NCBI RefSeq assembly: GCF_039654945.1
Contig: NW_027361891.1
Coordinates: forward strand, 10,788,001-10,852,000
Length of the DNA stretch: 64,000 nt
Reading direction: 5' to 3'
Origin: Dendrobates tinctorius
Lineage: Eukaryota
The notes beneath the pieces were generated by a model, which did not search any database, was not told where the DNA came from, and was given only the letters and a program-made list of their open reading frames with translations. The first letter of the stretch is position 1; every line of letters starts with the position of its first letter. The position numbers and the translations under genes were made by a program. Shown here one piece after another: positions 1-12,584 of this stretch.

Positions 1-3000
1 ACTCGGGACAAATGCCTGGTTCCACAATTGTTGCCAGTGGGTGATACCACTGCCTCTTCCCCTGTGCTAGGTGCTTGCCAATCTTCTGTCGATGACACTG
101 GTGCAGATGCCACCCTTCCTGCACCTGTTCTTGCACATTCTGAGGCATCATCAGGCACTTTCAATTCATTGTTCCAGCACAGCGTTCAGCTGTCCCTACC
201 CCAGGCCTTGGTGTGATGAAGGAGCTTGGCCTGTCTCAGTGTCTGAGTTCACAAGAATTACAGGCAGCTAACTGTTCCTACCCCCCCAGGGCCTGTAAGC
301 ATATTGAAGAAAACAGGATTTAGTGCTCCAGTGTTGAATAGCAAGGTCTTTTAGTATGATAATGAGATAAGGCCAAAAAAGAACTTCAAAGCTTGAGTAG
401 GAGCCACGCCAGCCTGGGGCATGAAGGTGCCTGGGGGCTTCAATTAGAATATTCCTGCCAGCTGGACACAGAAATACACATCCATTGTCTCTCCCAGCTG
501 CTCCGACTCCATTCTAGGATCATGGATTATGAGCACACCTTTCGAGTTATAGACTCATAAAAAATATCCGCGTGACCCTGAGGAAATCGCGCATCTGGTA
601 GTGCGGCTTCTGAGTCGGTGAGGGCTCTGGGACCTGAGATATAGAGATTGGCCCTCCACAGCAACCCAATGGGGCCATGTTTGCTCTCCACACGACAGGC
701 AAAACAAACCACATTCACTGGTACCTCTCGTGTCCTGATCCGATCATCCTGGAGGAAGTTAACCCCTTTCTTAGATATTGGGAATAAGTTCTGCAGGGAG
801 CTAAAGGGAGGAGATTATTAGCCCACCCTCTGACACAGGGGGGAGGAACCCAGCATCCTTAAGAACTGGGAACACATGGCAGACAGTCTCACTCACACAG
901 AAGAACCAGATGATGATCTAAGAAGGAACTGGGGACAGACCTGCCAAGGGAGCAGCGGCCCGCGCTTTGGGGTCTGTCCAGCAACTAAGATTCTTGTACC
1001 TGTGGACTGCAGAGCTCCCGGCATCCACAAGCAACCTACAACCTGGTAAATTGACCTCCAGCTTAATATCTCTAAGTATTGTACCATTATTGTTATATTT
1101 TTACTCTGACTGCAAATCCACTGTAATTCCGTTGTATAGCTTTCTGTATATTTCTGTAATTATCTAGTGCGCCATTAAGGCAATTAAACCACAAAATTAG
1201 TCTTGGGCTGATGCTTTTACTCTGATTACTGATCTTAGAATACCCAGCGGGTAACAGGACTTCCTCCCCGGCGGCCATTTGCTCTAGGTGCAGTTCCCTT
1301 ACTGACCTGAGAGACAAAGGGGGCGCCGGAGAGCTGTGCCTGTGTAGTTGCGTCACATTGGTGACGTGGGAGGAACCGGTCTTTCCTCCACACTTGGTAT
1401 GGAAAAGAAAGTTCACAGCCACCCACCTACAGTCCCAAATGCTACACGGGCACATTTCCAGGCTGCTTGTTGTGGAAATGTTGCTGTTTAGGCTTGAAGA
1501 CACAGAGGTTTTCTGAGGGCTCATGTATGCAGCCGTCCCTCAGTGCCCGGTGCCCAGCCGCCACTATTTCTCCCAGTGTGGTGTCCCCACTTTGTACCAG
1601 CACATGTCCAGAAACATCACCTGTGCCCTTACCAACACACTTACTTGGATTGTTCACTTAACGACTGACACTAGGACAAGTGCTTGTGGCCAGGAACATT
1701 AAATTTCCCTGATGGCACACTGGGTGAACATTGTGGAGGCAGGGGCTGATTCCCACCCTGGCGCAACACGTGCTACCAATGTCGAGGATTGCCGGCCCTA
1801 CTTTTATCTGTGTTCCCTCTAGTTCCTGCACCCCCTCCTACTTCTCCTCATCCTCCATCTCTGATGTGTTATCTCATAGCATGTCGTCCACACCAGATGG
1901 AAGCTGGAAGCCCTGCAGCACTGCCTCAGTGAAGTGGTAACAGGCTGAAGCTGAAGCTAATTTGTGTAGGAGTGAAATCGCACACCGCGGCAGTTATTGA
2001 AGGGAATAACAGACCAGACAAATCTGTTTCTCTCACTGCTGAACCTATAACCAGGCATTATCTTGTGTAATAATGACCATAACCTGGTTGCAGCTGTGAA
2101 GCCTGGCAAGCTCAGACATGAACAATGCTTGCCCCATGTCCTCAATTTGGTAGTTCAGTGTTTTCTGAAAACTTACTCAGATGGCACATCTGACGGCACG
2201 TAGCTTCTGATCAAGATACACTGCATCAATGTCCATTCCCGCAAGTCAGCTACAGCTGCTGCCGCTCTTGAAGCATTGCAGCAGCACATGCAAGTGCCAG
2301 ATCACGGATTGGTGTGTGACGTCACTACGCTCTACAACTCCACCCTGCACATTCTGGCTGGACTTTTTGAGCAGCAGAGGCCAGTTGTCGAATACCTGCT
2401 CCAACATTCCCATCGGTATTCTGGTCAGCCTCCACACATAACAACTGAAGAGTGGACATGGATGTCTGACATTTGTGCAGTTCTTCAAGACTTTGAGGAC
2501 TCCACAAAGACGGTGAGCGGCAATGACACCATAATCAGCACAACAATCCCACTTCTGTGCCTACTTAAACAGTCGCTGCTGACAATTAAACATGAAGCTT
2601 TGCATATGGACCATGTGGAGATGGGGGAAGGCATGAGACTGGGAGATACTAACCAGCCTAGCCTCATCTCATCTGCTCAGTGCAGATTAAGTAACAATTA
2701 GGAGGTGGAGGCTGAGGATGATGAACAGAACCTGGTTGCTAGCGCAACAGAGGCTAGTAACCACACAAGAATTGTCCCGTCTCTCCTACGTGGATGGGCT
2801 GAGGATGGGAATAAGGAGGAAGAGATGGAGAGTCGTCATCATGGTGGAGACAGGGAAGTGATGGCTGTAAGGACCTTGGCGCATATGACCGATTTTGTGT
2901 ACTGCTGCCATTCTTGTGACCCTTGCGTTATACAGTATTAATCTTAGCCAAAAAAGAGTATTGTTTGTTCACCCTGCTAGACTCAGGCTACATGTCCTTG

Positions 3001-3572
3001 CTTCTCTCCCTCCTGAGGTAGAGAGGTCTACTTACATGGTGCTATAGCAGAAGGCCATTGTGGAAGATATGTTGAAAAAATTCCCATCAGACAACACTAG
3101 CGGCAGGCGGCAAGCTTCCTTGATCAACCATGGAGGGGAGTTGAGGGAGACACACCGCAGGTACAGCAGAGGCAGCGGTACACTGTCAAATGCCTGGATC
3201 ACTTTCATGACACAATCTTAGCATCCGGGCTCTGATGACTGGGTATTTTTGACAAGGAGGGAAAGTTTATAAAGATGGTCAAGCAATACCTAACTGACAA
3301 AACCAGAGTACTCTTCATTTCCTCTGCGACCTTCAACTATTGGGTCTCAAAGCTGGACACCTGGCATGAATTGTCCCTCTATGCTTTGGAATTGTTGTGC
3401 TGCCCTGCTGCCATCGTCATGTCTGAGCTCGGGTTTAGTGCAGCCGGGGGTCTTAACAGACAGGCACTTTTGCCTGTCAATAGACAATGATGACAAGCTC
3501 ACTCTGCTAAAAATGAACAAAGCCTGGATTAGCCCCGACTTTTCCACACCACCAGATGACAGCAGCACGTAA
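1..3572 (+). pseudogene. Decayed hAT-superfamily (ZBED-like) transposase, split by a solo LTR at 212-1392
   Basis: Removing the insert joins SVQLSLPQALV to WKRKFTATH. ORF 2276-2701 contains CDVTTLYNSTLHIL (hAT 'TRWNST'-like). ORF 3275-3490 contains YWVSKLDTWHELSLYALELLCCPAAIVMSELGFSAAGG (hATC dimerisation domain). Many stops and frameshifts. Confidence 0.85.
212..1392. mobile_element. Solo LTR (1181 bp)
   Basis: TGT...ACA termini with 5-bp TSD CTTGG (207-211, 1393-1397). It interrupts the hAT coding sequence. Confidence 0.85.
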
Positions 3573-3589
3573 AGTGTTTTTAATCTTCA

Positions 3590-3850
3590 ATATTTGAATG
3601 AGGCCTGCCAGCTGTTGACTTCAAAGGTACATGGATGACCCTTCTTAGAATTTTTTTCTGGCTTTACACTGTATGCAGAGCCTTTTTGATTGTAAAAGTA
3701 CCACAACTACACTTTCTTAATATTTGAATGAGCCTCTCCAGTAGGTGCCTTAAGAGTGTATGGATGACTCTGTTTGTAATTTTTTGTCAAGCTTTACAGT
3801 TAGTGCATAACCTTTATGAGTCTAGGGGTACCAATACTTGACAATTTGAA
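3590..3850. repeat. Degenerate ~130-bp tandem duplication downstream of the hAT ORF
   Basis: TTTGAATGAG...ATGGATGAC...GCTTTACA...GTACCA recurs at ~3593 and ~3723. Confidence 0.55.
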
Positions 3851-4129
3851 CAAAATGTGTATGAAGCCCTCCTTCATGAGCTTCTCTACCATCAAAATTT
3901 TGGCATTTTTTGCTTCCTTCATAAATTACACTGAAACTTCCAATTTTTAATAAATATTTCAATTTTGATTTACTTTAATTTTTTAAAATGATATTTAAAT
4001 TTTGCCTTATATACAAGTAATTATACAGGAAAGAATGTTTAACATTTTTTTTCCTGTAAACTCCAATTTCTCTTTGATTTTGAATGTTTTATTGTCGGTC
4101 CTTAAAGTGGAGTAAAAGCGTGGCACATC

Positions 4130-4527
4130 TGTTCTCAGTAGCTGTTCTTGGAGCTAGAGATGCTTCCAGGGGTCTTATCCATGCTATTGTCATTCCATTC
4201 AGCACTTTTTCCATCCATTTCAACATTTAGCGGAGGATGTGAGGATGTTACCTTTAGTAGCCATTCAAACCCATTTGTGTCAACTTCTGGGCATGTTGTC
4301 AGGCCAAAACCACCAGGGTATGTGAACTTTTGATTGGGGTCATTTGGATGTTTTGGGTTGTCATTATGATTTAAAAAGAGAAAACACAGTAGTTTGACAA
4401 TAAATGGCTTCACCCAACCACTAACCATAAGTGGAGAAAAAGTTTGGTGTTACCATTCATATTCTCTGAAAAAAAGGCCATGAAAGCAAAAATTCTGCTG
4501 GGGTATATAAACTTTTGAGCACAACTG
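4130..4527. mobile_element. Terminal fragment of a Tc1/mariner element
   Basis: Ends AAACTTTTGAGCACAACTG|TA, a Tc1-type TIR plus TA. The left boundary is approximate. Confidence 0.55.
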
Positions 4528-4584
4528 TAACTATAAAATTATGTATTTTCGTCTATCCAGCCACATTTGGAGGAGAGAGTCAAT

Positions 4585-4800
4585 GCGAGGGTATTGTTCT
4601 GTTGTTGCTCCGTGGTGATTCTCAGGCTTACCCGAGTGCACGGCTGCATGCTCGTATTTCTATGCAGCTGCACACTCCGGTCCCGAGTGCCAGTGGCAGT
4701 GCCGGTATTGATGCGCGGGTTTCTCGCATCACACTCGCAAGTGTGACCCTGGCCTAAGCCTGAGAATCACCACGGAGCAACAACAGAACAATACCCTTGC
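4585..4800. repeat. 46-bp inverted repeat enclosing a Harbinger-MITE half
   Basis: 4585-4630 and 4755-4800 are reverse complements with 1 mismatch. The spacer ends GTGTGACCCTGGCC|TAA. Confidence 0.8.
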
Positions 4801-5036
4801 AGCTCCTATACACCATGTGCAGAATTATTAGGTAAGTTGTATTTGAGAGGATTCTTTTTATTATTGAATAACAACTATGTTCGCAATCAACCCAAAAGAC
4901 TCATAGATATCAAAGCTTAATATTTTTGGAAGTTGGAGTGGGTTTTTTTTAGATTTGGCTATCTTAGGAGGATATCTGTTTGTGCAGGTAACTATTACAG
5001 TGCAGAATTATTAGGCAACTTAATAAATACCAAATA

Positions 5037-5881
5037 CCATATATACTCGTGTATAAGTCGAGATTTTCAGCCCATTTTTTTGGGCTGAAAGTCCCCCTCT
5101 CGACTTATACACGAGTCATATACCGGGGGGATCGGCGGGGGAGGGGGAGCTGGGGTGTCAGATCATACTCACCCTTCTCTGCAGCTCCACTGCTTGTTCC
5201 ATGTTGTCGGCGCTGCTCTCTTCCTGCTTCAGCTGTCAAATGGAACCCGCTCATTAAATATGCGCATATTTAATGAGCGGGTACCACGTGACCGCTGAAC
5301 CAGGAAGAGAGCAGCGCCGACAACATGGAACAAGCAGAGGAGCTGCAGAGACAAGCGCCAGGACCCGGTGAGTATGAAGGGGGGGTTGGGAGGCATATTC
5401 ACCTGTCCCTGCGCTCTGCTGTCTTGCGTCCTCTGCAGTGACATTCAGGTCAGAGAGCACTATCGCTCTCTGCCTGCACAGTCACTGCAGAGCGCAACGC
5501 CGATGAGCAGGGGGCAGCAACTGAGGGGAGTATACAGTTTTTTGGATTTTTCTGTAAGAGAGGCAGCGGCAGCAGCAACATGATGGGGCCACTCACTGTG
5601 CAGCATAACTGGGGCCACATACTGTGCAGATAACTGGTGCCACTCACTGTGCAGATAACTGGGGCCACTCACTGTGCAGATAACTGGGGCCACTCACTGT
5701 GCATCATAACTGGGGCCACTCACTGTGCATCATAACTGGGGCCACATACTATGCAGATAACTGAGGCCACTCACTGTGCACCCTCGGCTTATACACGAGT
5801 CAATAAGTTTTCCCAGTTTTTTGTGGCTAAATTAGGGGTGTCGACTTATACTCGGGTCGACTTATACTCGAGTATATATGG
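5037..5881. mobile_element. Non-autonomous pogo/Tc2-type TIR element (MITE)
   Basis: TA|CCATATATACTCGTGTATAAG ... CTTATACTCGAGTATATATGG|TA. Internal palindrome 5178-5349 is centred on AATATGCGCATATT. Confidence 0.85.
5585..5780. repeat. 25-26-bp minisatellite (~8 copies) inside the MITE
   Basis: Unit GGGGCCACTCACTGTGCAGATAACT. Confidence 0.9.
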
Positions 5882-6387
5882 TATATACCCATCTCACTTG
5901 TTTATTTTCACCAGGTAAACCAATAGAGCAACACAAAATTTAGAAATAATCATTTCTGACATTCAAAAGCAAAACAAAAAAAATCAGTGACCAATATAGC
6001 CACCTTTCTTTACGATGACACTCAAAAGCCTTCCATCCATAGATTCTGTCAGTTGCTTGATCTGTTTACGATCAACATTGCATGCCACAGCCACCACAGC
6101 CTCCCAGACACTGCTCCGAGAGGTGTACTGTTTTCCCTCCCTGTAGATCTCACATTTTATGAGGGACCACAGGTTCTCTATGGGGTTCAGATCAGGTGAA
6201 CAAGGGGGCCATGTCATTATTTATTCTTCTTTTAGACCTTGACTGGCCAGCCACGCTGTGGAGTATTTGGATGCATGTGATGGAGCATTGTCCTGCATGA
6301 AAATCATGTTTTTCTTGAACGATACCGATTTCTTCCTGAACCACTGCTTGAAGAAGGTGTCTTCCAGAAACTGCCAGTAGGTCTGGG

Positions 6388-7233
6388 TGTTGGGCGTCAG
6401 GTTCCTGCAGCAGTTCAACAGGAATCCAGAGCCTCACATTCTGCGGTCTCCCATTATCTTTCGACCGCAGAGGACATTGCTCAGCAATCCCGGCTGCCCA
6501 AACCTGCTCTGTGGGGTTGGCTATTGCTGCCACCTTTGGGTCAGCAATGGCAATGCAGGCTGCTCAGCAGCAAATCACTCCAGAGGCTAAGTCCCTCCGT
6601 AGCTCTACTGAGCATGCTCACGAGACGATCTCCCATTGGAGCCACATGTCCAGGTCCTTCTCCAGATCTGATTGGTCCATCTCAGGGATTTGGAAGCTTC
6701 CGGAAGGTCCTGGCTATAAAAGGTTCGCATGGCCGCTTGGCCATGTGCTAGTATAGTTTCTAGTTGCTAACTGTGTGAATGATGGTGGATGCATGTACCT
6801 GCGAATGACTCATTAAGATCCCCTCCCTCTGATATTACGAGTGTAGTATAGGGACTTAGCTTTAGAGTCAGCACCAGCCAGTGGCAAGCTACAAGCCACA
6901 TTAGCATCCTCCACAGTGCTAGCGTCCGACAGTGCACTGGCAACCGGGCATTGTCGAATAGCGGCAGTGTCTCTCGCCGCGCTGCAGTCTGCAGCTCCTC
7001 TTGGCGTCCGCAGTAGCGATGCCGCAGGTTCAGCCTTTTGTGTTATCCTTTAGGCGTCTCTGTGAATATAACAGTGATTGCTCAGCACACCCAGGTGACG
7101 TTCAACCCGCGTGCATTATACTGCCATATTGTATGTCCGCCATTATCTAGCAGCAGTGTTAACACCTTCTGCACGGTGGACCCCGGGCGGCAAACGCACT
7201 TTACGTTATTTTATATTTAGTGCGTCCCTAACA
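6388..7233. mobile_element. Solo LTR (846 bp) inside the Tc1 transposase
   Basis: TGTT...AACA termini with 5-bp TSD CTGGG (6383-6387, 7234-7238). Confidence 0.85.
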
Positions 7234-8545
7234 CTGGGAGTTGAGCTTCACTCCATCCTCAACCCGAAAAGGTCCCACAAGTTCATCTATGATGATACCA
7301 GCCCATACCAGTACCCCACCTCCACCTTGCTGGTGTCTGAGTCGGAGTGGACCTCTCTGCCCTTTACTGATCCAGCCTTGGGCCCATCCATCTGGTCAAT
7401 CAAGAGTCGCTCTCATTTCATCAGTCCATAAAACCTTAGAAAAATCAGTCTTAAGATATTTCTTGGCCCAGTCTTGACATTTTATCTTATGTTTCTTGTT
7501 GAAAGGTGGTCGTTTTTCAGCCTTCCTTAGCTTGGCCATGCCCCTGAGTATGGCACACCTTGAGCTTTTTGATAATCCAGTAACGTTGCAGCTCTGAAAT
7601 ATGGCAAAACTGGTGGCAAATGGCATCTTGGCAGCTTCACGCTTGATTTTCCTCAATTCATGGGCAGTTATTTTGCGCCTTTTTTATCAACATGCTTCTT
7701 GCGACCCTGTTGGATATTTGCCATAAAACGCTTGATTGTTCGGTGATCACGCTTCAAAAGTTTGGCAATTTCAAGACTGCTGCATCCCTCTGGAAGACAT
7801 CTCACAATTTTTGACTTTTCAGAGTCCGTCAAATCTTTCTTCGGACACATTTTGCCAAAGGAAAGGAAGTTGCCTAATAATTAAGCACACCTTACATAGG
7901 GTGTTGATGTCATTAGACCACACCCCTCCTCATTACAGAGATGCAAATCACCTGATTTACATAATTGGCAGTTGGCTTTGAAGCCTATACAGCTTGGAGT
8001 AGGACAACATGTATAAAAAGGATGATGTGATCAAAATACTCATTTACCTAATAGTTCTGCACTCAGTGTATAAACTTACCCTGCCCTATGGGCAGGGCCA
8101 GAGCTACTCTCAGAGTTCCTAAACCTTGTCATGTGTGTTTTGTATCTATGTCCCTGGACCTCTCCTGTCTATGTTTTGGTACCAAAGTCCCTGCCTTCAT
8201 TCCTGCTTTGTCCTGCTTCAGCCCTGCTCTGTGTAGCAGAAATGCTCACTTGCTATGAACTCCGACCACTGGGCGGTGCTCATATCAATGTGGCAATGGC
8301 AATCACAGGGGTCTGTTATGCCAACCCATCAGCGACCCTTCATGTGACACAGGCGCTGATGGGCACGATTAGTGAATTGCGATTGTGTTAAATCCCGCTG
8401 TCAGCTGACATGTGCTGGAAAAGTTGCAGGCTCATCGTCGGAGCCCGCACGTCTAAGGTGGTAAAAAAGTTAATATTATCATCTCTATTTATGATTAGAG
8501 GTACTAGGTGTATTGTCACTAGTAGAGGATAGTACATGGCATATA

Positions 8546-9532
8546 CAGGTACTTCTCATAAAAATAGGTTATCATGAAAAAGTCAATTATTTCACTTCTT
8601 CAATACAAAAAGTGAAACTCATATATAGAGTCATTACAAACAGAGTGATTGATTTCAAGTGTTTACTATTGTTAATGTTGATGATTATGGCTTACACCCA
8701 ATGAAAACACAAAAGTTATTTCAGTAAATTAGAATACTTTATAACAGCTTGAAAAATGATTTTAAAATCCGAAATGTTGTTCTAATTAAATGTTTGTTCA
8801 GTAAATGCACTCAATACTAGGTCGGCGCTCCTTTTGCATCAATTGCTGCATCAATGCTGCGTGGCATGGAGGCAATCTGCCTGTGGCACTGTTGACGTGT
8901 TATGAAAGCCCAGGTTGTTTTGATAGCAGCCTTCAGCTCGTCTGCATTGTTGAGTCTGGGGTCTCTTCCTCTTGACAATACCCCATAGATTCTCTATGGA
9001 GATAAGGTCAGGTGAGTTTGCTGGCCAATCAAGCACAGTGATACTGTTGTTTTAAAACCAGGTATTGGTACTTTTGGAAGTGTGGACAGGTGCCAAGTCC
9101 TGCTGGAGAATGAAATTTCCATTTCCAAATAGCTTGTCGGCAAAGGGAAGCAAGAAGTGCTCTAAAATTTCCTGGTAGACGGGTGCACTGACTTTTCTCT
9201 TGATAAAACACAGTGGACTTACATCAGCAGATGACATGGCTCCCCAAACCATCACTGATTGTGGAAACTTCACTCTAGACCTCAAGCAGCTTGTATTGTG
9301 TGCCTCTCCACTCTTCCTCCAGACTCTGGGACCTTGATTTCTAAATTAAATGCAAAATTTACTTTCTTCTGAAAACAAAAACGTGGACCAGTGAGCAACA
9401 GTCCAATTCTTTTTCTTCTTGGTCCAGGTAAGACACTGCTGGACTTGTCTACTGGTCATGAATGGCTTGACACAAGAAATGTGACACTTGTAGCCCATGT
9501 CCTGGAAACGTCTGTGGGTGGTGGCTCTTGAA
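8546..9532 (-). mobile_element. Truncated Tc1 fossil
   Basis: TA|CAGGTACTTCTCAT terminus. Minus-strand ORFs contain WPANSPDLISIENLW, VKFPQSVMVWGAMS...QQDLAPVH and LFSEESKF. Confidence 0.85.
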
Positions 9533-10197
9533 GAAGGAAGAATCATTCAACGAAATGTGAGTCGGGGCCAGGAGTGTAACGTGCCACTTGGCATCCTATT
9601 TGTGGAGGTAGCGCAGGCCCAGGTAACATGTATTGGGCACAGGGTATCGGTCTTTTGTTATAAAAATTTTGCTTCTATAGGTACACTGACTGCAATTGCT
9701 ATCATGTTGTTCTATATGTAAACACAGGTATATTTGTAAAATTCACGTTATCCTGCACAAGCACTATAACACTACAGGCCACCTTATTGTCTATATAGTT
9801 ACAGGTATATCCTGTGCTCATACCCAAAGCTCTACTATTCATATGGTGGTGTGTAAAGAAATAATATTATATTGTTAATTTTTTTCTGTGCAGATATAGC
9901 ATGTTGATTGTATCCTTGTTGTTTAGAACAGTTGGCGTATGAAAGCTGAAAATCATTTTATAATGTTGATATCTATCTAAATTAATTGACATGATATATT
10001 TGGCCATGTATACACGTGTTCCTGTGTATTAATGCATACTGCTCCAGCTAACCGCCTTGTGTGTGTGTTTTATGGTTTGAGGCACTCTGTTTTTTAATTA
10101 ATCTGTGTATGTTTTAGAACTATTGAAATAAAATAACCTGTTTTAAATATTTTTCAATCTATATACGTAACACTTCTTGATCTATATGTGGTATATC
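9522..10197 (+). mobile_element. Penelope-like non-coding fragment starting with a degenerate hammerhead
   Basis: TGGCTC-TTGAAGA-N17-GAAA-TGTGA-GTC-GGGGCCA at 9522-9570, followed by an AT-rich body with AAATAAAA near 10127. The right end is approximate. Confidence 0.55.
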
Positions 10198-10205
10198 TAC
10201 TACGG

Positions 10206-10368
10206 CAGGGTTCCCCAATTCCAGTCCTCAAGGCCCACCAACAGATCATGTTTTCAGGATTTCCTTTGTATTGCACAGGTGAAGCAATTCTCACCTGAGC
10301 AAATACTAAGGAAATCCTGAAAACATGATCTGTTGGTGGGCCTTGAGGACTGGATTTGGGGAACTCTG
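10206..10368. mobile_element. hAT MITE (163 bp, near-palindromic)
   Basis: CAGGGTTCCCCAA...TTGGGGAACTCTG with exact 8-bp TSD TACTACGG. Confidence 0.9.
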
Positions 10369-10376
10369 TACTACGG

Positions 10377-12150
10377 GATCAGGCGATCAGTAACTATTGG
10401 CTGTTAAGAAAGCTTTCGATGAATGGAGGCAGTGGTTGGAGGAGGCTAGGCATAGAGTAGCAGTCTTTACTGATCACATAAATTTACTGTATACTGATGT
10501 TGCTAAGTGCCCACAGGGCCTTCTTTTTCGATTGGTTTGATATATCTCACTGGTACTAAGAATGTTAAGACCAATGCTTTATTATGTAGTTTAGTTCCAG
10601 AGTTGAGGGACAAAAAATCTTTCAAAATTGGGTGGGTGGTCGTGGGTGCTCTTGGGAATGATCTCAGACAGAGCATTGTGAAAGCTCAGGTTAGTGCAAC
10701 AGAGGTCTTGGCACCCGGCAAACTTTTTTGCCATCCTCATTTTGCACTTATCTTCTTAGCTAAATGCATGACTCTGTGTTGGCTGGACATCCTGGTTCCT
10801 GTGCCACATGGAGAGCTGTTTCATGATCCTTTTGGTGGTTGTGTGATCGAAAGGAAGTTGATGAGTATGTCGGTAAGTTCAGAATTTGCTCAAGGTCTAA
10901 ACCCTCTCTGCCTGCAGTCCCTCTCTCCCTGCAGAGACATCAGAGTGCCAGAGATCCCGTCCTGCCCCTCCCAGGTCTGCTGCTGCTCAGAGTGCATGCA
11001 CTCCTAGCAGGTCTCCAAGCATTGTGCTTAGAGCGTGCGCGCGCACCCTTCCTCATTCTTAAAGTGCTCATCTCTCCATCAGACTATCCTGTCTGCACTT
11101 TCTGTTCCTGTCATTTTCTCCACCTGTCTGCATCTGTTGGACATTTCCCTGGGCCATTCCAGCTATCCACTCCTAGGGGTAGGCCGCCATTTAGCCAAGG
11201 TCAAACCTAGAGTAGCACCTGGATCACCTTCCTTGTCTCTCCATGGATGGTGATGTCGTTAGCTGCTGTGTGTCCATGGTCGGATTGGGTGAGGCTCCTA
11301 GTCACACCCCTCCAGGTCTTACTTGGGCTTTGGCACAGTGGTTCCACCATCCAGCCCGTTACACTCTCTCCAGGCACCAACATGATTTCTTTTGCCTAAC
11401 GAGGTTCTGTCTCAACCTTGGACTCATCTGTCCATGGATTTCCCCACGTATTTGTCCAATTCTGGTGGTAACTGTAGTATGGGTAGTGGTTGACTGTTTC
11501 AGCAAGATGGTTCACTTAATTCCTCTACTAAAGTTGCCTTGGCTTAGAGTTTAACTACATTGTTTATCTTTTTTGTCATTAAGTTACATGGCATTCCTAA
11601 ATACATTACTTCTGGTAGAGGGTTTCAATTTGTGGCTAGCTTTTGATGTAGCTTTTGTTCCAGATTAAAAATTAAGCTTTCGTTCTTCTCAGATTATCAT
11701 GCTGAGACTAATGGTAAGACGGAAAGAATGAACCAAGAATTAGAACAATATTTTCAGATGTTTTGTTTTATCCAATTAAGAGGATTGGGTGGATTTTCTT
11801 CTTCTGGCTGAGTTTGCTTTCAATAACTGCACCTCTACTACTACAGGTACCTCACCTTTTTGTTGTTGTGGGCTTTCATACAGTTTTGGAAATTTTTCTG
11901 GTATGCAGTCTGCGGTCCCAGGGGAAGAAAGATATTTTTCCAATTTGATTTAGGCCTGGAGACAAGTTAAAAAGGGTCTTTTAATAACTAAGTAAATTGC
12001 GAATCGCAGACATAGGAGGATCAATGTCTTTAAGGTGGGACATTTTGTTTGGCTATCCTCAAAAAAATCTTCATCTTAAAAGTTCCATCAATGAAATTTT
12101 CTCCTAAATCTGTTGGTCCGTATAGAGTAAATAAGATCATTAATCCTTTA
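10377..12150 (+). pseudogene. Decayed Ty3/Gypsy pol (RNase H and integrase remnants)
   Basis: [28 protein letters not shown] (RNase H) near 10394-10480. VVWVVVDCFSKMVHLIPL, KLHGIP and ETNGKTERMNQELEQY (integrase). An LTR-like insert occupies ~10930-11363. Confidence 0.8.
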
Positions 12151-12584
12151 ATCTGTACAGTAATCGGCAGGGTCAGTTGCAGTTTTTTAGTATGTCACCT
12201 ATTTTCCCAAGTGAGTTTATACACTATCATAACACTATGTTATTTTTATGCAATATTGCTATTTATTTATTTACCGCAGGATATTTGCTCACTTTGTTTT
12301 TATCGTAAGTTTTCTCTGTTTAGTGACCAGTGTCAACATGCACCTACATGTTGCTTGCATACCAACACATATTCCAGTTCAGGTCTTTTGGTTTTTGTTT
12401 CAAATGTGTGCAAAATGTTTGCAAAAGGTCAAAAAAGACAAATCATAGTAGACACATTGATTCACAGCAATATTGGCTAATGCAGCATGTGATAGGTGAG
12501 CAATAATGAGATAAGAGAAAATGATTCATCCTACGTTGGCAAGTCTCAAGTAGACATTACTGGAGGTAAGCCATAAGCAATATA

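Larger units (their letters stand above)
4811..8068 (-). mobile_element. Tc1 transposon with decayed transposase and two nested inserts
   Basis: TA|CACCATGTGCAGAATTATTAGG ... CCTAATAGTTCTGCACTCAGTG|TA. Minus-strand ORF pieces: MCPKKDLTDSEKSKIV (HTH), VLWTDE, FMQDNAPSH and WPPCSPDLNPIENLW (DD34E). Confidence 0.9.

Noticed and set aside
1-3572. Domesticated ZBED host gene
   Set aside because: Multiple stops and frameshifts plus an LTR insertion.
5585-5780. CRISPR-like short repeats (also 24185-24475 and 50900-51632)
   Set aside because: Head-to-tail units with no unique spacers, no cas genes and a eukaryotic context.
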